Shown here: piece after piece, positions 23,580 to 35,297 of the stretch
How the letters are laid out: each line of letters starts with the position of its first letter
Numbering within the stretch: the stretch's first letter is position 1
From: Hydrurus foetidus
Taxonomy: Eukaryota
Direction of reading: 5' to 3'
NCBI GenBank assembly: GCA_900617105.1
Contig: UYFQ01000327.1
Coordinates: forward strand, 1 to 64,000
DNA: 64,000 nucleotides
Notes under the pieces: model-generated
Seen by the model: the letters and a program-made list of their open reading frames with translations, nothing else
Database searches by the model: none
What the model was told of the DNA's origin: nothing
Position numbers and translations under genes: made by a program

Positions 23580-23711
23580 TGGTCGGAGACGGTAGAGGAG
23601 AACTGCAAACCCTCCCTTTGATTAAAAATTTACTCTAACATCATATCATCTCTTCTAATATTCCAGCAGGAAAATAGTCTGACATCACCTGAATGAGATT
23701 GAGTCGCAAAG

Positions 23712-25549
23712 ATGATGAGCTGCAGTGCGGTGGCTAATCAATTTCTCGTTCAATTGATCAGCGATTTCGTGCTGAAAGATAATTGCTTTGCATGTGATCA
23801 AGTTTGTGCAACTCTCTCCGTGAGAGCATTCGAAGCCGTTTCTCAAAAGTCCTCAAAGAATAGCATTTGTAACTTTGCTGTGATAGCCCGTGAATACTTG
23901 TGGGAAGTTCTCCATTCAAAAAGTTGGGTCGATGTTCCGCTGCAATATCGAGATGCCTTCAGTCTGTTCTCCATAATAGTAGCGTATACGATTTCCGATC
24001 AAACTCTCAATTTATCGATCACAAGTGACAAGTTTAGACTTAATGTTATGTCTATAATTGATTCTGGCATACTGCTTGGTTCGGCATCTTATCATCCCAT
24101 TTTGTTGCAGCTGGTAGAAAGAATAGGTGGGGAAATGATTGAATATCCCAATCTTCTTGAAGTAAAAGGCGAATTTTCCATCGTAATCGATCGATTCTCC
24201 CAGCGGATAAATCTCTTGCCACGGCCAATATCTATGAGGATCTTCTTATCGAAGTCGGAAGACGTGTCGGTTAGGGCGAGTAGCGTAGAGCGTATCAGAG
24301 CTCCTCATCTACTGCAATTTCTCGAAGTACACCTACTTCTGTCGAGACCCGTTGTACTGACAGATTGCATGGAAGAGTGGAGTGCTCTTAAGAAATGGAG
24401 GAACCTCGAATACTATGCCCAAGGTATCCTTCATGACGTCTGTATATTTCTCTGTGATAATGAGAACCTATTTTGGTGTCTGTGATCGATCGGAGTGAGT
24501 ACAGATCAGATTGTACAGTCTTCGTATATCTTCTAAATTCAGGGCGTTTGTTTAGTTGCAGGCAGCAGATCGGTCCCAGTTGAGATAGGCTCCTCTTACC
24601 TGTCCAGTGATTACAATCAGCAGCTCATGACACTAACAAGCTTCATATCGCGATACATAATCGGCATCGAGAGAGATCCACAGGAGACAGGATACCTCGC
24701 TCAACATAGGCTGCTGGATCAGATTCCGCAGTTAATGAGGGACATTATCACCCCGGACTACTGTGCACTGCTGACGCCTGAAGACGAGCAAGAAGTCGAC
24801 CCTAGTGCCAGCACAACTGGCAGTGTAGATGATGTTCTCGTCAATGCTTGGCTGGGTCCCAATACAACAGTATCTCCACTGCATCATGATCCATACCATA
24901 ATCTTCTAGCGCAAGTGGTGGGGTATAAATACGTTCGTCTCTATGACCCCAGTCAGTCAGTCTTTCTCTATCCCATGACGGACCACAAGAGCAACAACAG
25001 GTGAGCATCTCGTACTTACACAACCGACGGCACTTTTCATTCGAGATTTTACGCACTTTTCTCTCGACCTACAGTCAAGTTGATTTGACAGCAGTGGGAG
25101 AAGATGGGAATCAGTTTCCGCTGTCAAGAAGTGGATCCTGCTGCTTTACGGAAACTGTGCTAAAGCCGGGAGAGATGTTATTTATCCCAAGGTTAGTATA
25201 ATTCTACACGACCACATATTTGCATTGCACCATAACGAATGCAATGATTAACCGATGGTTTTGCTTGTACAGGTGGCATTGGCACTTCGTGGCCGCAATC
25301 GACGAATGCGAGGCCAAAGAATGGTTTGACAGGAATGGTGGATGTACTTCACCAGAAAGTGATCATTTGGATACAACGAATTTAAGAAAAAGAAAAGCCA
25401 TGACATCGATTGTACACACTGATGAAGCCATTGATTCGCCCACTGCTCAACCAGTGCTTCCCGGACGTGACAAATCAAGAAGCCAACCTGAATTTAGTTC
25501 TTCAGTAAGCTTTTGGTGGGGTAGAAGGATATTGAAACCAGACAGCTAA
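23712..25549 (+). CDS. JMJD5: JmjC-domain protein, JMJD5/KDM8-like; exons 23712-24423, 24556-25000, 25075-25191, 25273-25549
   Basis: Motifs WEVLHS..W..V, RPVVLTD..W.AL.KW, AGSRSVPVEIG, GYLAQHRLLDQIPQLMRDIITPDYC, NAWLGP.TTVSPLHHDPYHNLLAQVVGYK, LKPGEMLFIP, WHFV and SVSFWW. Three in-frame GT-AG introns. Confidence 0.93.
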
Positions 25550-25785
25550 ATTACCACTAGAAATCTTCATGTAACAGTAGTTTTGATTGGATATTTTATT
25601 AGACTTACACGCGCAATAATTACAGTAGGACATTCTCGATACTGTGTGCATATTGTAGCGATGTGTTGCCTCGCGGTGTTTACGAGCATTGAGATTTCTC
25701 AGTTATTTCATGAATTGTGTTGCAGTTCTCGACATCTGAAGCAGAAAATCTCAAAGCTTAATTTCCAGTCATAATTAATGGACAA

Positions 25786-26661
25786 TCATGCTGCATTATT
25801 GGACTGAATTATGATAGCTGTGCTATGGCGAAGATTTTCAGCTGGCACTGAGCAACTCGAAACACCCATTACTTCAAGGAACAAGCTCTCCCGGTGATTC
25901 AGATTGCCGGAGTAGTCCAGATGCAGTAATTCCTTATTAGAATTCCTGTTTCTCAATGCAGATATTACAAAAGGCCTGATATCAAATGCACTGATTCCAG
26001 TATGAGAAAGCACGCTAATACCGTCAAAATTTCTCGTCAGGAGGATTCCTGTCACCTTCGGCTCCCACACTAGTTTGTTGTATGAATGCAACTTTAGACT
26101 CTTCGGCCTCAGTTCTGTCTCGTCCATTCTCAGCTCCTTTGTGTCAATTCCTGATTCGTTAAGGTGCGGAAGACCGCCGTCGTTATATTCAAATCTGTAG
26201 CATACATGTCTGATTTCATTTATCATGCATAACAGCTGTGCACATTCAACGCAAGGACTGTATGTGACAGCGACATGAAGGGATCCAAGTGGCGGCGGAA
26301 AAGTGCTCAAATACTGCGCTAATGCGTTCATCTCAGCATGAACACCGACATGACGAAGAAAGGAGTTGGTTGCTCTGATCAGCACAACGTTGCCACTTAA
26401 TATCAGACAGCCAACTTTCTGATTCGTTTTTTTTGAAGGGCTGAGGAGCTCAATATTTTTGAGCTCGCTCGTCAAGAAATCATCCCCCAAATTGGTCAGA
26501 CAATCTTCAACTGTACAGAATTTTGTTTGTTGAAAATGGTTTGCTCGGCAGACATTTGCGAATCGTTGTTTTGGAAGGAAAGCAACGGATTGGAAAAGTG
26601 AGATGATCAATAATACTGAATAATGAAGCCATCTCACAAGGTTCCGCTCACTGGGCATCAC
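25786..26661 (-). CDS. Zn-dependent CMP/dCMP-deaminase-family protein with a putative bipartite (signal plus plastid transit) presequence
   Basis: HAEMNAL and TYSPCVECAQLL (HxE...PCxxC), plus QKVGCLI. A hydrophobic N-terminus ends in QSVA-FLP. The ORF is intronless. Confidence 0.82.
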   Translation of the reverse strand: MMPSERNLVRWLHYSVLLIISLFQSVAFLPKQRFANVCRANHFQQTKFCTVEDCLTNLGDDFLTSELKNIELLSPSKKTNQKVGCLILSGNVVLIRATNSFLRHVGVHAEMNALAQYLSTFPPPLGSLHVAVTYSPCVECAQLLCMINEIRHVCYRFEYNDGGLPHLNESGIDTKELRMDETELRPKSLKLHSYNKLVWEPKVTGILLTRNFDGISVLSHTGISAFDIRPFVISALRNRNSNKELLHLDYSGNLNHRESLFLEVMGVSSCSVPAENLRHSTAIIIQSNNAA

Positions 26662-28230
26662 ATACGAGAAGCATCACTGTTGGACGCACGCCTTGATACT
26701 GCATCTTGTAGAGCTGTGACTGGAGAGCTTGGGCTTAGGCTCTGAGTTAGGGTCTGACACAACCGGCTCTGAGAATCCCCAATCCGGCTTTTTTTCCGGC
26801 TTTCAAAACCGGCTCTGCTATCTCGACAACTATGAAGAATTTTTAAACTTTCATTGCAGATTTTGAACACCCAGAGTGTGTTCTATCAAAAGCAATACCA
26901 AAAAATGCCATAAGTCACAAAATCCCTAATCAGCAACGTAATTTCTGCCGTCAACGTGATATCCCGATATCGCCATGAAAAGTAGAAACTGTTTTGGTCA
27001 AAAAACATCTTAAATTTTCTATAATGAACCGTTTTCAATTTTATTAACGGAAAATCCGCAACAGACAGTTGTTAGCATCTGACCGGATGCGAATTTCGAT
27101 TGACAACATATTCTCAGATCGAAGGAAGTTCCAAACGCAGATCATCTCTACACTAAAGAGCAAATATACAAGTGGTCAATTGGGAAATGTAAATCAGCAG
27201 GATTTGCCGCGTGATTGCTGCCGTTGTTGAGGTGTGACCTCGAAGCTGATAAGGTGAGGATTGATTTTTAATCTTTTTGTGATTGCTGCGGATGCCCCCT
27301 CAGAATTGATTTTGGTTGCTGACATCACCACAGTTGTCAAAACTCCATCTCAAGCTAATGAAAAGTTGTCTAAGGTATCACTATGCTTGAAATTAATGAA
27401 TGTAGGCGTGAACAGTGCCAGCATCAGTTGGCAGTGTTGGCGAGGTTTCGCCAAATAAGCTAGTAAAAGTCTTCATTAGGAAGCTGGTTTCCTAGAAACC
27501 AAAATAGCTAGACAAATGAGACGGATATCTTTGAGATGCGAAGGCTATCTCTCGTTCAATCGTTGAATTTGGCTTTGACCAGTCTCAGCGGCTGAAGTAA
27601 GTGATGGGTGCCGCGTGCATAATTGTCGATGTATTAGCGGAACGTCATCCTACAGACGCATTTTACGTTTGTAGATTGATCAAATTGATCACCAGAGAGC
27701 TTTTATTTGCAGCTAGTAATCTAGCATCATTTAAAATCATTGATTTCTATGTTTGGCGATGGGTGGATTTGCTCAACATGTGTACCCTCAGGCAGCCGCT
27801 TGACCGTGGTGCGGTTATCACAGTCGATACGACTGACAGTAGATGGCCAACGTTGGACATCTGCTGGATTATGATGTCAGTCTTTCAATCGGCGCTGCTG
27901 ACGATGTCGCTATCTACAGCGTAGTGGGACAGCTGCTTGCTGCTTGATCATGGCGTAGCCATCACAGTCAGTTCAACTGACGGTAGACTGCTGACGGCAG
28001 CAAGGTGCGACATCTGCTCGATCGTGATATTGGCCTCTAAAGCGGTGATGAGGACGGTGTCGCTGCCGTCATCAGTAGCCTAGTGGGAAAGCAGCTTGAT
28101 CGTGTCGTATTCAGAACAGTCGGTACGACTGAGTGCTGACTGCAGCAACATGAGACATCTGCCGGGTTGTGACAGAAGTCTCTTAATCGGCGACGCTGAC
28201 GGTCAGCAAAATTATTCGATAAAGGACAAG

Positions 28231-28400
28231 TTAATGAAAACAAAGGGAGTCAAAACTTTAAGAGAGTAAATGAAAACAAAGGGAGTCAAATGAAAACGAA
28301 GTGAGTCAAAACAAAAAGTGAGTAAATGAAAACAAAGGGAGTCAAAACTAAAAGTGAGCAACTGAAAACAAAGAGAGTCAAATGAAAAGAAAGTGAAGGT
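28231..28400 (+). repeat. A-rich minisatellite
   Basis: Repeated AATGAAAACAAAGGGAGTCAAA variants. Confidence 0.85.
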
Positions 28401-28614
28401 ACTCTACAAATATAAAATCGTTTTCCACGGATGAGAGCATTATCTTCTATTAGTCTGAAGCATGCATGACAGCATAGAATAATCTTCAAGGGCGAGTCTT
28501 TGTCCATTGCCGAAGCAGCATTTTAGAGTCGAGAAGGAACGCTCCGCAGATCCTGATGATGTTGTGATAGTGAAGGCGTACTGAGCGAATCGAGCCAATT
28601 TACGAGGGTACCGT

Positions 28615-29565
28615 AGTATGGCGTGCCAAAGGTGTTTTTATTATTTTCACCGTTTTCCCGAGGATCCCGTACTTTTCTTTCTCCGCTCCTACGGTACCCT
28701 CGCATCTCCAAACTCCAAACCATCATACACCTCTCAACTCATAGCACTGTAGAAAACGCATATAGAAGATTCAAAAGCTGTCCATGAAAGAGCACTTTTC
28801 TCAGGATAAGAATGCTTTTAATTACAATTTGTTATGCTCTACTGCGATATCTTCAAGACATTCTATACAGTGTGTAATGTAATGACCACAATATTCTATT
28901 CTATCAGCAGAGCAATAATCCGCGAGATATTTGCAAAAGTGATGGTGATATTGAGGTGATGTTTTTGAACGCTTGTAACTATAACAGCAAATGCCACATA
29001 ATACATGAGACGCTAAGAATTTGCAAGCATCATGACAGATATACTTTGCTACTTCGCTCAGAATTTCGTGTGAATTGAGCGGCTCAGTTGCAAAATAGAG
29101 AGGAACTATTTTTTTAGACAAAAATGGCATCAAAAATTTTCGGTGGAATGGAACATTTGGCGTCAGCCTTTGACGTATTAAAGCTCAGTAGCTAGATTTT
29201 GGTGCATTTTCAAGCAAGAATCAAGCGTTAGAAGAGTCTTACCTGCTGTCGCAGATACTCTGTATGGTTTGGAGATGGTGAAATCTCCTGTTTTCGTGAG
29301 TCTTCGGGATGCTTGATTTCTCTCGTGATGAAAATTTCCAAAGGTAGGAGTAGCGGCTATAGCTGCTATGATAGGCATCTTGAGGAACTGCTGATTCACT
29401 TTTCCAACTGGAGTGAAGCTGCATTTTCTACAGTGCTATGAGTTGAGAGGTGTATGATGGTTTGGAGTTTGGAGATGCGAGGGTACCGTAGGAGCGGAGA
29501 AAGAAAAGTACGGGATCCTCGGGAAAACGGTGAAAATAATAAAAACACCTTTGGCACGCCATACT
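28615..29565. mobile_element. Non-coding element with inverted repeats of about 145 bp (foldback or MULE-like, unclassified)
   Basis: 28615-28760 is the near-perfect reverse complement of 29420-29565 (AGTATGGCGTGCCAAAGG... / ...CCTTTGGCACGCCATACT). Confidence 0.85.
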
Positions 29566-29666
29566 GAGCGGAGAGAGAGGGGGCGGATCTCGCACTCGAA
29601 CGATTGACGTCCCCCTACGTCTTAGCCTACTACAACGCCGCTGTCCGCTTCAGCTGAAGACTGAAC

Positions 29667-32600
29667 TGTTGATGCCGACGGATCAACTGGGAAGAATCGA
29701 AGGTCCTGATTCAGTTTGGTTGAATTAGATTATGTCAAAGGAGTGAAGATGATCATGTGATTCAGTAGAAAGCACCTGCAGGTTGGTGAGTTGTCACTTG
29801 TCCGTAATCATGCAATGTTTCAGTGGTTGTGTGATTGCATTCAACATCATGTGATTGTTATCTACTGTGTCCTGAATGCAGTGATTCTCGAGTTTGTCTC
29901 GGTAGAGAAAAGCGGATTGTGTTTCCACGTTCCGCAGGTGGCGCGCACACGTCTTGTTATATCGACAGTATCAACACACTCTCTCAATTTGGCTTTTGTT
30001 TACCTTACTTGACTAGACAGCGGCACGTTGCGCAGAGGATTTCTGGAAAGATTTGGCTGGCGATTGCGGTGTGTGGACAAGAAGTGGCATGAGTACCTGG
30101 TGTGTCTTAGCCGGTGGGGGTTTGGTGAAGAAATCAGCTAGATTATGTTCGCCTTTACGCCACTGTATATGAAAATGTCCTTGGTTTACGCGGTCTCTGA
30201 TCTAATGGTATCGCATATCGATTAATTTTGTCCTTTTTGCTTTGACTGAGTTTATCGCCATACCCACTGCGCACTGGTTGTCGCAGAGTATTAACGTGGG
30301 TGATTGCGTGTAGCCCATGTTTGAGAGAACCTGCCGCAGATATTCCCCGTCTTGGGCCAGAAGGAAAAGCGCCGCATACTCTGCTTCTGCGGCACTAGCA
30401 ACCACTGATGGTATAATGGTGCTGACTGCATGGATAGCACCATTGATGTGATGAGGCGAGCCAGCATTTCCTAGATAGCAGATGCCCCCAGCGACAGAGC
30501 GTGCTTTTGGCCGAGATAGGTAGGAGGCGTCTGCTTGAATGAATAAGGTCATGTCGCACGCGTGGTACACTAATTCGTTGTTAGGGTATCGCGCGCAGTA
30601 GCGTAAAAGGCGGTCGGCAATCTCCTCAACTTGCTCTGTGGGGGCCGATTGCAGCGATGCGATCAGATTCACTGTGGGCAGGAGTGTGACATCGACGCCT
30701 CGGGCGTAGAATAGCCGAAATCGTCTACAACTAGCGCGAAGGTTGTTCCGTTTGATGAGTGTCTGAATAAGCATGGAGTGTCGGTCTGATGGTACTGATG
30801 TTTGCGTAAGTGCTCAATGAGTTTTTGTTGTGCTAAGTACCCTGCCTGCGGCAGTCCGTACATCCCTTTATTAACTTCGAACAGAATGGAATTGTTGGAC
30901 ATGAATCGCTCTAATTTGTGGGCCGCCAGAGTGGCAGGGGGAATAAGTTTACGTTGGATACGAATGTATTCTGGCCGGGATAGTGGCGTATTCAAGTAAT
31001 AGTCCTTGATGTCTAGTGTCATCCAATTGCTGTCATCGCTGACAACTGATTGCAAAAGGATTTTGACGACAGGCATTGCGGCGGTGTTTGCAGAGGTCTC
31101 TCCCGGGTAATTGATCCTGTCACCGCCGATGGTGCCTCGTACTCTGTATGTTCGGTTACCTGTTGCATCTTCCTTCTCTTTAATCTGCGGATTGTAGTAG
31201 CTGGTGTCTTTTCGACGATGCATTGGTTGCTCATGAATGTGTAGGGGTTTCATTGTGTTTGATGAAAATAGTCGGTTAAACTCTTCAATCTCAGCTTGCC
31301 GCCACTGTAGTTCCTGGTCACCACGAATGGCCTTTGCGTATGTTAAGGGTGACCCGTCTGGCGCCAAGTTCAGGGATGATACAGCTGATGCTGATCCCGC
31401 GGTTGTTCTACTGCGTGTCACCGGTGGCTCAGGCTGCGTTTTTAACAGCGTAGTTTTTGAAACGGGGAAAGGTATATTTGGTGCAGTGGCCTCTGTGGGT
31501 AGCATGACGTTTTCTGTCAGGTTAACGCAATGGTCGGACTGCGCCGCACTGTTTATGGTCTGAGGTGCAACTGTAACTGACGATTTCTCGATTAACAGCG
31601 GAAGCGGCGGTGCTTGTTCTTGATTGGGGTCTGCTGGTAACACCCTCTGTTCTGCGTCCGTGTACTGTAGTTGTGACGACGGTTGTTGCAATTCAGTCGT
31701 CGGAATGACGTCGGGTAGGGTAATGGGTTCGGAAGGTGCTATGGCGATTTCAGTTGCTGTCGGAGTATCTGCAAGTTGCAGAGTCCTTGGGCAGAAAGAT
31801 TTCACAAACGCCTTCAAGTCCTTGAGCATTGTATGAGGAACATCATGCAGTTGGCGTGAGTGCGCTGTTGCAGGGTGTGATGTTGCTAATGTGGATATTG
31901 CTGCTGCCAAGTCTTTGATTGCAGCTATGGCAACGTCATGGGGTCCAATATTAGGTAGTACCACTTTGTCGAAGATCCAACCCAGTGTGTCAGTTACTCT
32001 GATGGATTGTGTGTCGATTGACCACACACTAAAGCAGCGATAATGCTGTTGCGCTGGTCCTAGGTAGAAGCCGAGCACACCATGTGGTGCCCAAGTACCG
32101 CGGACAGTTGGCTTGTCGTGGATAATGACTTTGGTGCCTGCGGGCGCTATGGGATGCGCTCGAAAATCGAACTGTCGCCCGTGTAAGCCCTCATAAGCAG
32201 AGATGTTGGGATTAGGACTGTAGGGTATAAGGTGATTCAAGCAAAGTTCTGCTTGCGGGAGCAGTTTGTCCCACAGAATCATTGGAAAGTCGGTGGATAC
32301 TGTGCATAAGGTCGCGATGAAGTGGTTCTTGAATGTTCTGATGGCGCGCTCTGCTTTCAATGATCTGTGTTGTCCTGGAGGGCAATATTGTATTGAGACA
32401 TTGTTTTTTGCTGCATATTCTCTACTGCTAAGGACGTCTCGTTGTCAAGCCTTTGAAACAGTGGCTTATGCCCAACCTTGTCCCAGAATGCCAGAGTGTT
32501 TTTGTATGCGTTGACGTAGTTTGACTGGTGACGCGATGGTATAGCTTCGCAATGGATGTATCCGTCTAGTACTGATACGAACACGTATTCGGCACCGGAT

Positions 32601-34755
32601 AGGGCCTTGACTGGAAACCGACCCGTTAAGTCTGAATGTGCTGTTGGTGAGAGAGACAGTGTCTTTGTGAAGACTGTTCTGCGGGGTGATGGCGGGTGGT
32701 TTGCTTCGTCTGAATCTTCAGGATGATCGTCCAATGATGTCGAGTCGAGGCCCTGGCGGTATTGATCTAAATGTCCCCTAGCTGTCGCTGCCGTGAGAGA
32801 GAGGTATGACCTAACCATAGTGGCAGTCAACCGTGGATAGGAAGAGAGGTACCCTTACCGCACTGCGCGAAGTAGAGTGGAAAGCGAGGGACTGCCGAGT
32901 GTTGTGTGTATAAATGTTGCGAAGGAGGCATCGGTATCGCTACGGAGGATTGCTGATGCTGCCGTGGCTGCTGTCGATTCCACAAGTGGTCTGACTGCAG
33001 TACAGTGAGACCATCTCTGGTAACATGCATTTCCTCGCTTGTAAAAGTGGCAATACATCCGTTGTTGCACAGTTCTGAAATGCTGACAAGTGATGTATCG
33101 AGAGAGGCATCAGGAAATATATGTGCCGTAAGCGGTGCTGGTAGATGGGGCAACCACAACTCTCCAACAGATGAGGAGCTCATAGTGTCACCGTTAGGAA
33201 GTGCCGAACGGATGTTGCTGTTGTGTCGTACGTTGCTTAATGTGACTGCATCCGTTTCTCGCAGTAGTATATGCGAAGATCCCGTGTCAGCACACGGTAG
33301 TTGGGTGACTAGGTGGGCCGATGAAGATAAGACTTTTGGACTAGAACAAGGTTGTGTTAAGTTACCGTCCAAAATCTTAACTTGATGGCCGATTTGTCAG
33401 AGTCCGTGTATGGATCCATTTGCAACATCGGTATGGGTTGTTGCTGCCTTCATAGCTGCAGTGTACTCTGGTAGGGCAGCCATCTATCGACACTTGGAGC
33501 TGCTGTGGGAGTTGTACCCATGTTTGAAACAGTAGGTGCGGTTGGATGCGTCAGTCGATGAGTTTGCTTTCGCTTTGTGGGGAAAGGCTGCCGAAATCCG
33601 TTTATCTATATATGCTGCGAAAGCCGCCGACTCTAGGTATCCCGTTGGCATATTTGTAACGGCAGACACCGACGCTGCGTATCCGAGGTCTACGGGGGCT
33701 GGTGTAAAATTGGGCGCCTGCTCGGTGATATGATTGACAAGTCCAGTAAACGTCTGCTGCACAATGTGTGGATGCGCAGTCAGGTATGATGTGATGGCTG
33801 TTGTGTAGGACATGTGGGAACCGATAGCCGCCCGTAAGTACCGGCACTTGTCGACCTCGGATAGTCCCTGATTGGCCGATAGGAACTGGCTGTGCCGCCA
33901 ATTCGGAAAAAGTCCTACTTCCTATTTTCGTGTTGAGATCTGTGCGGAAAGAGTCGAAGTCAGAGGCTAAGAAGGTCCCATATCGTTCCCGTAACTGGTC
34001 CAGTAGTTGTTGGCACGATATGGATACGAGGCCGAAGAATAGATCGCTTAGCTCGTTTTCATCAGCGTCGGGGAGGCTACTGATGATAGCGTTCTTCAGT
34101 ACCCGCAACGCTTCGGATATAGCGGAATTTCTCCTGAAGGTTATTTCGTACTGTTTTAAGTTTGCTGCTGGTGCGCCCAGTTCGGGTGGCGGCGTGAGAA
34201 CGACAATCGGCCGATTCATGATTATAATTTCTCCTTCGTTGGCTGGATTGTTCATAGCGATGCCAGGAAGCATTGCCCATTGCGCGTCAGAAACGCAAAA
34301 ACCTAGCAAGCCGTTGACTCCCAGGTGTTCCTGACAGCGACTTCCGAATGCTGTATTTGTTGCTCGAAGGAAAGCTTGCATGTTTTGCCTGCTGTTCGCC
34401 TTGATGTCCGGGAGAATCACTTCAGTCATTGTAATTTAATTCAACTGTTGATGCCGACGGATCAACTGGGAAGAATCGAAGGTCCTGATTCAGTTTGGTT
34501 GAATTAGATTATGTCAAAGGAGTGAAGATGATCATGTGATTCAGTAGAAAGCACCTGCAGGTTGGTGAGTTGTCACTTGTCCGTAATCATGCAATGTTTC
34601 AGTGGTTGTGTGATTGCATTCAACATCATGTGATTGTTATCTACTGTGTCCTGAATGCAGTGATTCTCGAGTTTGTCTCGGTAGAGAAAAGCGGATTGTG
34701 TTTCCACGTTCCGCAGGTGGCGCGCACACGTCTTGTTATATCGACAGTATCAACA
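29667..34755 (-). mobile_element. Copia-2: Ty1/Copia element with identical LTRs but defective coding region
   Basis: 310-bp LTRs at 29667-29976 and 34446-34755, identical by eye. TSD TGAAC at 29662-29666 and 34756-34760. PPT (minus strand) GAGAGAGTG. Confidence 0.96.
30202..34429 (-). pseudogene. Copia-2 gag-pol, fragmented
   Basis: Knuckle YCFKHGYNSHSSSKC. Protease CADTGSS. Integrase SDLTGRFP, RLDNE, AERAIRTFKNHF. RT LDIKDYYL, KGMYGLPQAG, VVDDF followed by an internal deletion. RNase H ADASYL, SAAEAEY, CDN. Confidence 0.93.
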
Positions 34756-34760
34756 TGAAC

Positions 34761-34988
34761 ACCCAAGACCCCAAGACTCCGTCATTCCTACTGCCCTCAC
34801 ATCCGACTCTACTACCCCATCAGTGCGCGTCATGACGAAGACTGACCACTCAAGACACCAAGACTCCATTATTCCTGCTACCCCTCTCCATCATTTTCTT
34901 CTACCCCATCAAGTGCGACTCAAAAAAAACCCTGACAGAGACATAAAGAGCGAAGAACGTGGACCCAGACCCAAGACCCAAGACCCAA
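34761..34988 (+). repeat. Short degenerate repeats (CCCAAGAC units and a duplicated CCAAGACTCC...ATTCCT motif)
   Basis: ACCCAAGACCCCAAGACTCC at 34761, ACCAAGACTCC at 34857 and GACCCAAGACCCAAGACCCAA near 34968. Confidence 0.55.
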
Positions 34989-35297
34989 TTCCGGAATGAG
35001 ATATTATCAGCAGTCAGAAAATTATTTTAAGTGCATTATTTTGCATGTTACATAAAGTCTTTTTAGCATTGTTTAACTCTATGCTCATTCGGATCAGTCA
35101 GACCTTATGATACTAAAATTACCCTGTGTGTAATAAATTATCTAACGTCACCATTAAAGTCAACCCCACTATTACCCTACACTACAAAATCATGTTATGA
35201 TACACCATTTGTGAAACTCCAAGTAAACGGAGCATTTTTGAATCCTAATGCGTTTTCATTCGCGTACACCAACCCGACAACTCACGCCATAGGGGTG

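Noticed and set aside
27500..28220. Moderately GC-rich stretch with short ORFs
   Set aside because: No coherent reading frame or domain could be recognised.
28231..28400. CRISPR-like repeat appearance
   Set aside because: No unique spacers and no cas genes in a eukaryotic context; it is a minisatellite.
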